Program-made: the position numbers and the translations under genes
Shown: in pieces, positions 17,475-25,869 of the stretch
Layout: every line of letters starts with the position of its first letter
Numbering within the stretch: the first letter of the stretch is position 1
Assembly: GCA_013202205.1 (NCBI GenBank)
Contig: JABMSB010000012.1
Coordinates: forward strand, 1-56,054
DNA from: Candidatus Omnitrophota bacterium
GTDB taxonomy: Bacteria; Omnitrophota; Gorgyraeia; JABMSB01
Direction of reading: 5' to 3'
Length of the DNA stretch: 56,054 bases
Notes under the pieces: model-generated
The model's database searches: none
Told to the model about the DNA's origin: nothing
The model's input: only the letters and a program-made list of their open reading frames with translations

Positions 17475-18468
17475 TACCGCTTCAATAGAGGAGCGGGAAA
17501 GGGCTTATCGCCTGCGCCGCAGGATAGAGGCATATTGGCGATTTGTGAATCCGGGCGGTGTTGCAGTGCTTACTACCTGTAACAGGATTGAAATATACGG
17601 TATTTCATCCAGTCGGGGTGAGGCTGAAGCTTTTGGGATATTGTTCCGGCAGAAGTTCAAGAGCTGTTTTAAGAACGGATACGTCATATACGGTGACAAT
17701 GGTCTCTTCGCTCATGCCATTCGGTTAGCCTGTGGCCTCAAATCCAGAATAAAAGGTGAACCCCAGATAGTAGAGCAGTTGGAGGTATGGCTCGATCATA
17801 AGAGTTTTCCCGGTCCCCTCAAAAGTATCTTAAGCAGGGCCCTCGAATCCGGCAAAGAGGTTCGCGCGAGATCCGGCATAGATAGAAATAAGGTCGATAT
17901 TGCGGATCTTGTACTCAATGATCTTGGTATGGAGGTTGCCTCCGGACGAAGGGCGAAGGTGCTAGTTATGGGCACGGGCAAGATCGCATCTTTGATTGCC
18001 GAGAAACAACCCGGATCAGTATACATAATATTCGCCGCGCGCAAAAAGCTCGCGAAGGCCAAGAGGCTTGCGAAGCTGGCAGGAGGCGAGGCGATATTAT
18101 ATGAAGAGATAGATAGATATCTGGATTCAGCGGATGCGGTAGTAAGTGCTACTTCCAGCCCTCATCGCGTCTTAGCCGCGCGCAATTTTGCCTCGGCGAT
18201 TAAGACGCGCAGGACGCCTTTATATATTTATGACCTGGCCATGCCTCGCGACGTTGCGCCGGATATCCATAAGATACCTTTTGTAGTAATGAGAGATGTC
18301 GAGGGTCTGATAGAGAGGTTTTATCGTAAAGAGAGCGGCATAACCAGGAGCCTTGAGCTTGCATCGAAGCTCATAGGGTCAAAGATTGCCGAATATAAGG
18401 AGTCGACAGGTGTTAAAGAGTATACTGATTGGCACACGGCCCAGCCGATTGGCATTGAAGCAGGTTGA
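17443..18468 (+). CDS. hemA: Glutamyl-tRNA reductase, divergent and short
   Basis: TTCNRIEIY (catalytic Cys), GEPQI, GTGKIA, SATSSPH, DLAMPRDV; 341 aa. Confidence 0.85.
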   Translation: MISYLIGIDYSTASIEERERAYRLRRRIEAYWRFVNPGGVAVLTTCNRIEIYGISSSRGEAEAFGILFRQKFKSCFKNGYVIYGDNGLFAHAIRLACGLKSRIKGEPQIVEQLEVWLDHKSFPGPLKSILSRALESGKEVRARSGIDRNKVDIADLVLNDLGMEVASGRRAKVLVMGTGKIASLIAEKQPGSVYIIFAARKKLAKAKRLAKLAGGEAILYEEIDRYLDSADAVVSATSSPHRVLAARNFASAIKTRRTPLYIYDLAMPRDVAPDIHKIPFVVMRDVEGLIERFYRKESGITRSLELASKLIGSKIAEYKESTGVKEYTDWHTAQPIGIEAG

Positions 18469-19063
18469 TGAGATCGCCCGGCGCCTGCCCGAGATCGATT
18501 TCGATATAGTCCCGATTGAGACGAGAGGGGATAAGGATAAGGTCACGCCATTGACAGGACCGAATAAGGACGATTTCTTTACATATGAGATAGAGAAGGC
18601 GCTTCTGGAGGGCGAGATAGATGTCGCAGTCCATAGCGCAAAGGATCTTGAAGAGGTACCTCCTCAAGGACTTGTGATAGCTGCTAGGACAGGCTCCGTC
18701 AGCCCATTCGAATGTCTGATATCAAAAGGGGATCTTAAATTGAAGGAGCTTCCCCCCGGTGCGGTAGTTGGAACCAGCAGCCACAAGCGCAAAACCGCGG
18801 TTATCAATTTCAGAAGGGATCTTAAGGTTAAGGATATTCGCGGCAATATAGATGAGCGCATAAGACAGCTTGAAGAAGGCAAATTTGACGCGATCATTAT
18901 AGCGCACGCCGCATTGATCAGGCTTGGGTTTGAGGAGAGGATTTCAGAGATAATACCGCCGGACATTATCGCGCCGCACCCGCTTCAGGGAAGGCTGTCG
19001 ATACAGGTCCGCGCTGACAGAAAAGAGCTGATAGGCCTATTTGGGAGCATCGATGGAGAGTAA
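18410..19063 (+). CDS. hemC: Hydroxymethylbilane synthase-like protein lacking domain 3
   Basis: IGTRPSRLA, ETRGD, AVHSAKD, VGTSS, IRGNIDER; stops after LQGRLSIQVR. GTG start at 18410 with AAGGAG SD. Confidence 0.88.
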   Translation: MLKSILIGTRPSRLALKQVDEIARRLPEIDFDIVPIETRGDKDKVTPLTGPNKDDFFTYEIEKALLEGEIDVAVHSAKDLEEVPPQGLVIAARTGSVSPFECLISKGDLKLKELPPGAVVGTSSHKRKTAVINFRRDLKVKDIRGNIDERIRQLEEGKFDAIIIAHAALIRLGFEERISEIIPPDIIAPHPLQGRLSIQVRADRKELIGLFGSIDGE

Positions 19064-19772
19064 AAGAGGAAGGGTATATATAATCGGAGCAGGACCGGGA
19101 GACCCCGAGCTTATTACCGTCGGAGGGCTCAAGGCCTTGAAAAGGGCAGATTGCGTCCTGTATGACTTCTTGAGCAACTCAGAGCTGCTTAAGCATGCGA
19201 AAGATTCGTGCGAGCGGATATGCGTCGGCAAGGCGGACGGGTTACACTTAAAAGAGCAGGGTGAGATAAATCGCCTGCTCTATAAAAAGAGCAAGGAATA
19301 TAGAGTGACCGTACGCCTTAAAGGCGGTGATCCATTTATATTCAGCCGCGGCGCTGAGGAGGCGAGATATCTTAAGAAGAAAGGGGTGCGGGTTGAGGTG
19401 ATACCGGGCATTACATCAGCGATCGCAGGCCCCGAGAGTTTCGGTATCCCGCTTACGGTGAAGAATAAGATCTCATCGGTAGCTATAATAACCGGAAGAA
19501 AGAAGGATACAAACGCAGAGATAGAAGCGCCAAGGTGCGGCACGCTGGTCTATCTTATGGCCGTTGGCAATATCTCAAATGTCGTAAAGGCGCTGCGCAG
19601 GAATAAGTGGAGTGAGGCGACACCATGCGCTTTTATTGAACGCGCAACTCGAAAAGATACGCGCATTATACATGCCACCATTGCGACAATAGAAGAAGAG
19701 GCGCAGAGGGCGAAGATAAGGCCGCCGGCTGTTTTGGTTGTAGGGGAGGTAGTCAATTATGGCAAAGAGTAG
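19053..19772 (+). CDS. cobA: Uroporphyrinogen-III C-methyltransferase (stand-alone, no HemD fusion)
   Basis: VYIIGAGPGDPELIT, RLKGGDPFIFSRGAEE, VIPGITS, PPAVLVVGEVV. Confidence 0.93.
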   Translation: MESKRGRVYIIGAGPGDPELITVGGLKALKRADCVLYDFLSNSELLKHAKDSCERICVGKADGLHLKEQGEINRLLYKKSKEYRVTVRLKGGDPFIFSRGAEEARYLKKKGVRVEVIPGITSAIAGPESFGIPLTVKNKISSVAIITGRKKDTNAEIEAPRCGTLVYLMAVGNISNVVKALRRNKWSEATPCAFIERATRKDTRIIHATIATIEEEAQRAKIRPPAVLVVGEVVNYGKE

Positions 19773-20706
19773 ATATGGGGTCGATATAGATTCTTTGGTT
19801 TATCCGGTCTTTGTAAGGCAGGGCATAGATCTACAGCAACCCATTCCCTCAATGCCGGGGGTCTATAGATTTTCGCCTGATAGTCTGGCGAAAGAAGTCG
19901 ATCGACTTTTGAAGATAGGGATCAAGAAGATCCTACTTTTCGGTATAACAGAAGAGAAGGACGAATGCGGTACAGCCGCTTATGGTGATAAGAGTATAGT
20001 ATCGACCACGATCGGCCTGTTAAAGCATCTATTCCCTGAGCTGATTATTATGACGGACGTTTGCCTGTGTGCCTACACATCACATGGCCACTGCGGTATC
20101 TTAAATAGATCGAGCGACGATGTCTTAATAAATAAAGATAAGACACTTCATGCATTATCAGAGATGGCTCTTTCGCATGCAGCCGCAGGCGCCGATTATG
20201 TAGCACCCTCGGCCATGGCTGAAGGACAGGTAAGTTCTATAAGAAAGGCGCTGGATGGAAATGGTTTTAAAGAGACGCGGATCATGGGGTATTCTGCCAA
20301 GTACGCCTCGCAGTTTTACGGCCCATTCAGGGATATTGCCGATTCAGCCCCGCGATTTGGTGATAGATGCCAGTATCAGCTGGGTTGGACAGAGAGGGAA
20401 CGCGCATTCTCAAAGATCGAGGATGACATAAGAGAGGGGGCAGATATCGTCATGGTCAAGCCTGCCCTCGCATATCTCGACATCATACGAGAAGCCAGGG
20501 ATAAGTTTCGCCATAGATTAGCAGCATACAACGTGAGCGGGGAGTATGCCATGATAAAGGCAGGCGCACAATCCGGATATTGGGATGAAGAAGAGGCAGT
20601 CTTTGAAGTCATGACCGCGATAAAGAGGGCAGGTGCCGATATTGTCATAACATACCATGCCCCGGACATAGCAAGATGGCTGAATCGAGGAGGAGTCCCT
20701 CAGTGA
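19759..20706 (+). CDS. hemB: Porphobilinogen synthase (Zn-type)
   Basis: DVCLCAYTSHGHC, APSAM, YSAKYAS.FYGPFRD, VMVKP, AYNVSGEYAMIKA. Confidence 0.95.
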   Translation: MAKSRYGVDIDSLVYPVFVRQGIDLQQPIPSMPGVYRFSPDSLAKEVDRLLKIGIKKILLFGITEEKDECGTAAYGDKSIVSTTIGLLKHLFPELIIMTDVCLCAYTSHGHCGILNRSSDDVLINKDKTLHALSEMALSHAAAGADYVAPSAMAEGQVSSIRKALDGNGFKETRIMGYSAKYASQFYGPFRDIADSAPRFGDRCQYQLGWTERERAFSKIEDDIREGADIVMVKPALAYLDIIREARDKFRHRLAAYNVSGEYAMIKAGAQSGYWDEEEAVFEVMTAIKRAGADIVITYHAPDIARWLNRGGVPQ

Positions 20707-21965
20707 GAAGAGTTGTCGATAACAAGAAGAGCACCAAGATTATAAAGGCGGCAAAATGCGTTTTGGTGGGCGGCGTAAATAGTCCTGTCCGTTCATTTTC
20801 ATATGTCGGAGGAGATCCCATACCTATCTATTCAGGCCGCGGATCGCGGATCTGCGATTACGACCACAACTGGTATATAGATTATGTCCTTTCTTACGGG
20901 GCCCTTATCCTTGGGCATACACGGCCTGAGGTTATGCAGAGCATAAAGCAGACGGCCGATTTGGGTGTGGGATTTGGCGCTACCCATAAGCTGGAGGTAG
21001 AGTTGGCGGAGCGCATTAAGGCCGCGATACCGCTCCTAAAGAAGATCCGCTTTGTCTCATCCGGCACAGAAGCTGTAATGGGTGCCGTAAGGCTTGCCCG
21101 AGGTGTAACCGGCAGGAGCAAGATAATAAAGTTTGAGAGGTCTTATCACGGTCACGCCGATTATCTCTTAAAGAAGGCAGGCTCCGGCCTGGCAACGATG
21201 GAGTTGCCTCTAAGTAAGGGGGTGCCAAAGAGCCTCCTGCAAGATACAATTATTGCCCGATACGGGGATAGAAATGAGATAGATAAGATATTTGCGAAGT
21301 TCGGGCCGGATATCGCGGCCATTCTTGTGGAGCCTGTAGGAGGAAATGACGGCGTTGTTTTACCCGATAAAAATTTTCTTAAAATTTTAAGACGAATAAC
21401 AAAAAGATACGGGACGCTATTAATTTTTGATGAGGTTATAACAGGATTTCGTTTCCATTTTGGTTCTGCCGCTGCCTATTTTGGCATAAGGCCGGATATT
21501 ATCTGTCTGGGTAAAATAATAGGCGGAGGATTACCCATCGGGGCATATGGTGGGAGCAAGAGAGTAATGGATCAGTTGGCCCCGCTCGGCGGTGTCTATC
21601 AGGCATCTACCTTTGCAGGAAATCCGGTCGTCATGAGCGCAGGCCTAAGCACTCTTAAAGTCCTGGCTTCATCGAGAAGAGATTACAGGCGGTTGGATAG
21701 ATTGGCCCTCTATTTAAGCCGGGCCGTCTTGGAGGAAGCTCGAAAACAGAGAATAGATCTATCGATAAGGCAATTCAAGGGTATCTTCAGCATCCATTTT
21801 AAAAAGAAGAGCCATTTTAAGGTCTTCTACAGAGAGCTCTTAAATGCGGGGGTCTATTTAGCACCGTCAGAACATGAGTCAAATTTTATCTCATTTGCGC
21901 ATACAAAAAAAGATATAGATAAGACGATCGGGATCGCGAAGAAGGCATTGTGCCTTTTAAAATAA
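20703..21965 (+). CDS. hemL: Glutamate-1-semialdehyde 2,1-aminomutase
   Basis: GGVNSPVR, VSSGTEA, YHGHAD, FDEVITGFR, LGKIIGGGLP; GTG start overlaps the hemB stop (GTGA). Confidence 0.95.
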   Translation: MRRVVDNKKSTKIIKAAKCVLVGGVNSPVRSFSYVGGDPIPIYSGRGSRICDYDHNWYIDYVLSYGALILGHTRPEVMQSIKQTADLGVGFGATHKLEVELAERIKAAIPLLKKIRFVSSGTEAVMGAVRLARGVTGRSKIIKFERSYHGHADYLLKKAGSGLATMELPLSKGVPKSLLQDTIIARYGDRNEIDKIFAKFGPDIAAILVEPVGGNDGVVLPDKNFLKILRRITKRYGTLLIFDEVITGFRFHFGSAAAYFGIRPDIICLGKIIGGGLPIGAYGGSKRVMDQLAPLGGVYQASTFAGNPVVMSAGLSTLKVLASSRRDYRRLDRLALYLSRAVLEEARKQRIDLSIRQFKGIFSIHFKKKSHFKVFYRELLNAGVYLAPSEHESNFISFAHTKKDIDKTIGIAKKALCLLK

Positions 21966-21976
21966 GGAGAAAAACG

Positions 21977-22693
21977 ATGACAAAGGATATAGATTACGAT
22001 GCTCTGAAAAAGAGAGGTTTTTTGCGGCAGAAACAAGAGGGCCTCTTTTTGCTGAGGGCAAGGGGCGCAAAAGGCAACTATACGAGAGAAGAGTTTCTTA
22101 TCTTTGGTGATATATCGAGGAAATATGGTAAGGGGATTATCCATGCCACCACACGCCAGGGGCTCGAGATACCATTTATCCGCTTCGAAGATATAGAGAA
22201 TGTTGAGAGAGAGATATTGGAGGCAGGTATCCAGCCCGGGACATCAGGCCCACGCATACGGACAACGACCACCTGCCCGGGTAATAACTGGTGCAAGAGC
22301 GGGCTCATCGACCCATTTTCGTTATACGATAGAATAGAAAAAGATATCGGGATAAGATGCGGGATGGACCTACCCCACAAATTTAAGATAGCCATATCCG
22401 GATGCCCCAACAAGTGCACGAGGGCAAATAGCACCGAAATAGGCATACACGGCCAATCGGATACCTCAGGTCCGGAAAGAAGGATAGGGTATACTGTCTA
22501 TCTGGGGGGATGCGGCGGCAGAACACCCCATGAGGGCTTTAAGCTCGATAAAGTTTTTACAGAAGATGAAGTCTTATCTATAGTTGAGAGAGTGGTCAGG
22601 TTTTATAAAGAGAATGCCAAGTCGCGCCAGCGCCTGGCACTCTTGATAAAAGAGAGAGGCAAAGGTCTTTTCTTAAAAGAGGTTGGGTTATAA
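21977..22693 (+). CDS. Low-molecular-weight siroheme-[4Fe-4S] sulfite/nitrite reductase (single-repeat, alSir-like)
   Basis: HATTRQGLE, RIRTTTTCPGNNWC and FKIAISGCPNKC give the Cx5C...Cx3C ligands; about 238 aa with no ferredoxin insertion. Confidence 0.85.
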   Translation: MTKDIDYDALKKRGFLRQKQEGLFLLRARGAKGNYTREEFLIFGDISRKYGKGIIHATTRQGLEIPFIRFEDIENVEREILEAGIQPGTSGPRIRTTTTCPGNNWCKSGLIDPFSLYDRIEKDIGIRCGMDLPHKFKIAISGCPNKCTRANSTEIGIHGQSDTSGPERRIGYTVYLGGCGGRTPHEGFKLDKVFTEDEVLSIVERVVRFYKENAKSRQRLALLIKERGKGLFLKEVGL

Positions 22694-22726
22694 AAGGAAG
22701 GCACACCTATTCGATCTCCTTTTGGA

Positions 22727-22755
22727 TTGACAATGGACCCCTTTTGTAGTAATAT
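22727..22755 (+). promoter_or_regulatory. Sigma70-type promoter candidate
   Basis: TTGACA-N17-TAATAT. Confidence 0.55.
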
Positions 22756-22786
22756 TACCTTATAATATTACTAATTTAAGGATATC

Positions 22787-23686
22787 ATGAGCCTGATACC
22801 TAAATTCAGGAAATCACCTAAAATCGTCCCCACAAAGTCGGTTCAGCCAGAACCGACTAAGCCAAAAGAGAAGACGTCAGGTAAGCGCCTTAATAGTATA
22901 ACGATCGGTATACTGCTGCTCTGTCTGGCAAATATGATCTTCCTCATTTTAAGCCTCTCATTCTACATCAATAAGGCCTCTGATGAGGCGGCAACCTTTG
23001 CTGCTTCTGAAAGCGGAGAACGCCTTGGACATCACAGGGGTATCATAGCTAAAGAGGTAGCTGTGATGCGCAAGACTGCGGATGTTTTGAAGGAAGAGGT
23101 GGATTCACAGGCCACCTCGGTCTCAAATATGGAGAAGGAGCTAAGTGAAAAGATCGAAGAGCAAAAGTCAGCATCCCAGGAATTGCAAAAGCTGGACAGT
23201 ATGATGGCGGAGATGAAGAGGGGTCTGATGGAGACGGTTACCAATAGAGATTCCCTTATGAACGAGATAGTAAGGTTAATCAAACAGAATAAGGTATTGA
23301 AGATAAAGCTCATACAGCTGGGCAGCGCAAGAGAGATTTTGACAAATAAGATGACAGAGATACTCGGCGCCATACGGAAAGATATGGAGGTTGCCAGGTT
23401 GGCAGCTAAGCTGGAGGAGCCCAAGGATGACGGGGGCAGTATCCTGCGCATAAATAGGGAGAAGAATTTTATAATAACCGACATGGGCCAGGAGGATGGT
23501 TTAGAGATGGGTAATCTCCTCGAGGTTTACCATGGCAAGATACTCGTCGGTGAGCTGGAGGTTGAGCGGGTTATGGATAACCTCTCCATAGGTAAAGTGA
23601 TGCCGGGTTGGCTTGAAGATGAAGTGATCCGCAAGGGTGATCGAACAGTGCTAAAAAAAGAAGAGGAAAGCGCAAGCGGTATCTGA
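22787..23686 (+). CDS. Hypothetical membrane-anchored coiled-coil protein with a C-terminal beta-rich domain
   Basis: One TM (ITIGILLLCLANMIFLILSLSFYI), a long heptad-like region, then ILRINREKNFIITDMG...LEVYHG..LVGELEV, which resembles a FlgT C-terminal-like barrel. Confidence 0.7.
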   Translation: MSLIPKFRKSPKIVPTKSVQPEPTKPKEKTSGKRLNSITIGILLLCLANMIFLILSLSFYINKASDEAATFAASESGERLGHHRGIIAKEVAVMRKTADVLKEEVDSQATSVSNMEKELSEKIEEQKSASQELQKLDSMMAEMKRGLMETVTNRDSLMNEIVRLIKQNKVLKIKLIQLGSAREILTNKMTEILGAIRKDMEVARLAAKLEEPKDDGGSILRINREKNFIITDMGQEDGLEMGNLLEVYHGKILVGELEVERVMDNLSIGKVMPGWLEDEVIRKGDRTVLKKEEESASGI

Positions 23687-23706
23687 TTAGAAAGAGACCA
23701 ATAGGA

Positions 23707-23762
23707 GGTGACATCGCCGATTTCTTAAATAAACAAGAGTGGGCGTCGTCACCAATTTTTTT
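23707..23762 (+). terminator. Imperfect hairpin plus T7, terminator candidate
   Basis: GGTGAC..CGCC...GGCG..GTCACC followed by AATTTTTTT. Confidence 0.4.
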
Positions 23763-24752
23763 ATGAGAAAGCCCAAATATTTAGATGCTTTTGATTCAGG
23801 GTTGCTGCACGTAAAAGTAGAGGAGCTTTACGGGATATTGAGGGACTGTCACCTCTGTCCACGCGATTGCGGCGCAGATCGCATCAACGGTGAAAACGGC
23901 GCGTGCAGATATGGTCCATCCGCCGTAGTATATAGCTACGGCCTCCACCCGGGCGAAGAGCCTCCGGTCTCAGGTACAAGCGGTTCCGGTACGATCTTCT
24001 TCTCGGGGTGTCCCTTAAGGTGTGTCTATTGCCAGAATTATACATTCAGCCAGGGAAGAGAAGGCGCGATCGTCCCGCCCTCGAAACTGGCCGATATGAT
24101 GCTCACCATGCAGGGAAAAGGCGCGCATAATATCAACCTAGTTACGCCGACACATTTCTTAAGAGATATAATAGAGGCGCTCATCATAGCTATTGGGAAG
24201 GGGTTAGAGATACCCCTCGTCTATAATACAGTCGGGTATGAATTGCCAAAGACGCTCTCGCTCTTGGAAGGTGTTGTCGATATCTACTTAGCCGATATGC
24301 GCTATGGGGAAGATAGGCTTGGGCAAAAATTTTCAAATATTACAGATTATGCTTCCGTGAATAAGGTAGCTATAAAAAGGATGCATGAACAGGTAGGCGA
24401 TCTCGTGATCGATGATGATGGTATAGCCGTTAAAGGACTTATAGTGCGCCACCTTGTTTTACCAAATGGTGTAGCGGGCACGGGAAAGACATTCAAATTT
24501 TTGGCGGATGAGGTCTCACCCAATACATATATCAGCCTTATGTCTCAATACAGACCGCTAAATAAAGCTAAAAAATATCCGGAGTTGGCCCGGCCAATAA
24601 CCGAGGAAGAGTATGATACCGCAAAGGCCATGATGGAAGAGGCGGGGCTGCAAAACGGGTGGATTCAGGAATTCTCAAGCCCGGGTGAAGAATCTTCATA
24701 TGAAGGACCTAGGATAAAGCCGAACATAGAAGGATCCCCAGACCTCTGGTAA
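23763..24752 (+). CDS. Radical SAM protein, PflX-like
   Basis: N-terminal CHLCPRDC, HPGEEP, GSGTIFFSGCPLRCVYCQN, NINLVTPTH, VRHLVLP, MSQYRP; start uncertain (23739 or 23763). Confidence 0.88.
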   Translation: MRKPKYLDAFDSGLLHVKVEELYGILRDCHLCPRDCGADRINGENGACRYGPSAVVYSYGLHPGEEPPVSGTSGSGTIFFSGCPLRCVYCQNYTFSQGREGAIVPPSKLADMMLTMQGKGAHNINLVTPTHFLRDIIEALIIAIGKGLEIPLVYNTVGYELPKTLSLLEGVVDIYLADMRYGEDRLGQKFSNITDYASVNKVAIKRMHEQVGDLVIDDDGIAVKGLIVRHLVLPNGVAGTGKTFKFLADEVSPNTYISLMSQYRPLNKAKKYPELARPITEEEYDTAKAMMEEAGLQNGWIQEFSSPGEESSYEGPRIKPNIEGSPDLW

Positions 24753-24771
24753 TCCGAGAGGTGAATTTGCT

Positions 24772-24799
24772 TTGATTTTTGGGATATTTTATATATAAT
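24772..24799 (+). promoter_or_regulatory. Promoter candidate for the moxR-bat operon
   Basis: TTGATT-N16-TATAAT in an AT-rich intergenic region. Confidence 0.45.
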
Positions 24800-24879
24800 G
24801 ATATACAATGATATATGATACCATATGGTAATTAGGTGCTATAAGTAACTATTTGGAATAATACAAAGGAGGTAGGGAT

Positions 24880-25860
24880 ATGGATATAAGAGCGATAAAT
24901 GAGATGGTGAAGAAGGAGAGCATATTTGTCCAACAGCTCTTGCAGGAGATGAAAAAATCTATTGTGGGCCAGGACTATCTGTTGGAGAGGCTCTTATTAG
25001 CGCTTTTGGCCAATGGCCATATATTAATAGAAGGCGTGCCGGGGCTGGCGAAGACGATGTCAGTGCGCGTCTTGGCAAGCGCGATAAGTACCGGTTACCA
25101 GAGGCTGCAGTTTACACCTGACCTCTTACCGGCCGATCTCATAGGTACGCTCGTCTACAATCCTAAGGATGGAGGATTTGTGACGAAGAAAGGCCCCATA
25201 TTTTCCAATATAATCCTTGCCGATGAGATAAACCGCGCCCCAGCCAAGGTCCAATCGGCACTCCTTGAAGCGATGCAGGAACGCCAGGTTACGATAGGTG
25301 ATGAGACCTTCAAACTCGATGACCCATTTCTGGTACTTGCGACACAGAACCCCATTGAGCAGGAAGGTACATACCCATTGCCGGAAGCGCAGATTGACCG
25401 CTTTATGCTTAAGGTAAATATAACCTATCCGAATAAGAAAGAAGAGAGGGAGATAGTCGAACGCTGGGCCACAAAGGATGAGCTGAGCGTCAAGAAGGTC
25501 GTCTCGCCCAAGGATATAATAAAGGCGCGTGATGTTGTAAAAGAAGTTTACATAGACGATAAGGTAAAGGACTACATTATCGATATAGTATTTGCCACGC
25601 GCAACCCGGAAGATTATAAACTCGACATGAAGAACCTTATCGGCTACGGCGCTTCGCCGCGCGCCTCACTTTATCTCACCAGGTGCGCCAAGGCCTACGC
25701 ATTCATAAGAGGGCGTGGATATGTAACACCGGAGGATGTGAAGGCGATAGGTATGGACGTGCTGCGCCACCGCGTAATAGTAACTTATGAAGCGGAAGCG
25801 GAGGAGAAGCGCTCAGAGGACCTGATAAAACGTATATTTGACGAAATAGAAGTTCCTTAA
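24880..25860 (+). CDS. moxR: MoxR-family AAA+ ATPase
   Basis: EGVPGLAKT (Walker A), QFTPDLLPAD, LADEINRAPAKVQSALLEAMQE, ATQNPIEQEGTYPLPEAQIDRF, GASPRA. Confidence 0.96.
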   Translation: MDIRAINEMVKKESIFVQQLLQEMKKSIVGQDYLLERLLLALLANGHILIEGVPGLAKTMSVRVLASAISTGYQRLQFTPDLLPADLIGTLVYNPKDGGFVTKKGPIFSNIILADEINRAPAKVQSALLEAMQERQVTIGDETFKLDDPFLVLATQNPIEQEGTYPLPEAQIDRFMLKVNITYPNKKEEREIVERWATKDELSVKKVVSPKDIIKARDVVKEVYIDDKVKDYIIDIVFATRNPEDYKLDMKNLIGYGASPRASLYLTRCAKAYAFIRGRGYVTPEDVKAIGMDVLRHRVIVTYEAEAEEKRSEDLIKRIFDEIEVP

Positions 25861-25869
25861 AAAACTCAT

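Noticed and set aside
2430-23686. C-terminal Ile on the NuoC-like subunit (FEGI) and the 22787 protein (ASGI) as CysK-binding tails
   Set aside because: No sulfur context and no Tyr-x-Ile pattern; treated as background that weakens the CysH GEGI case.
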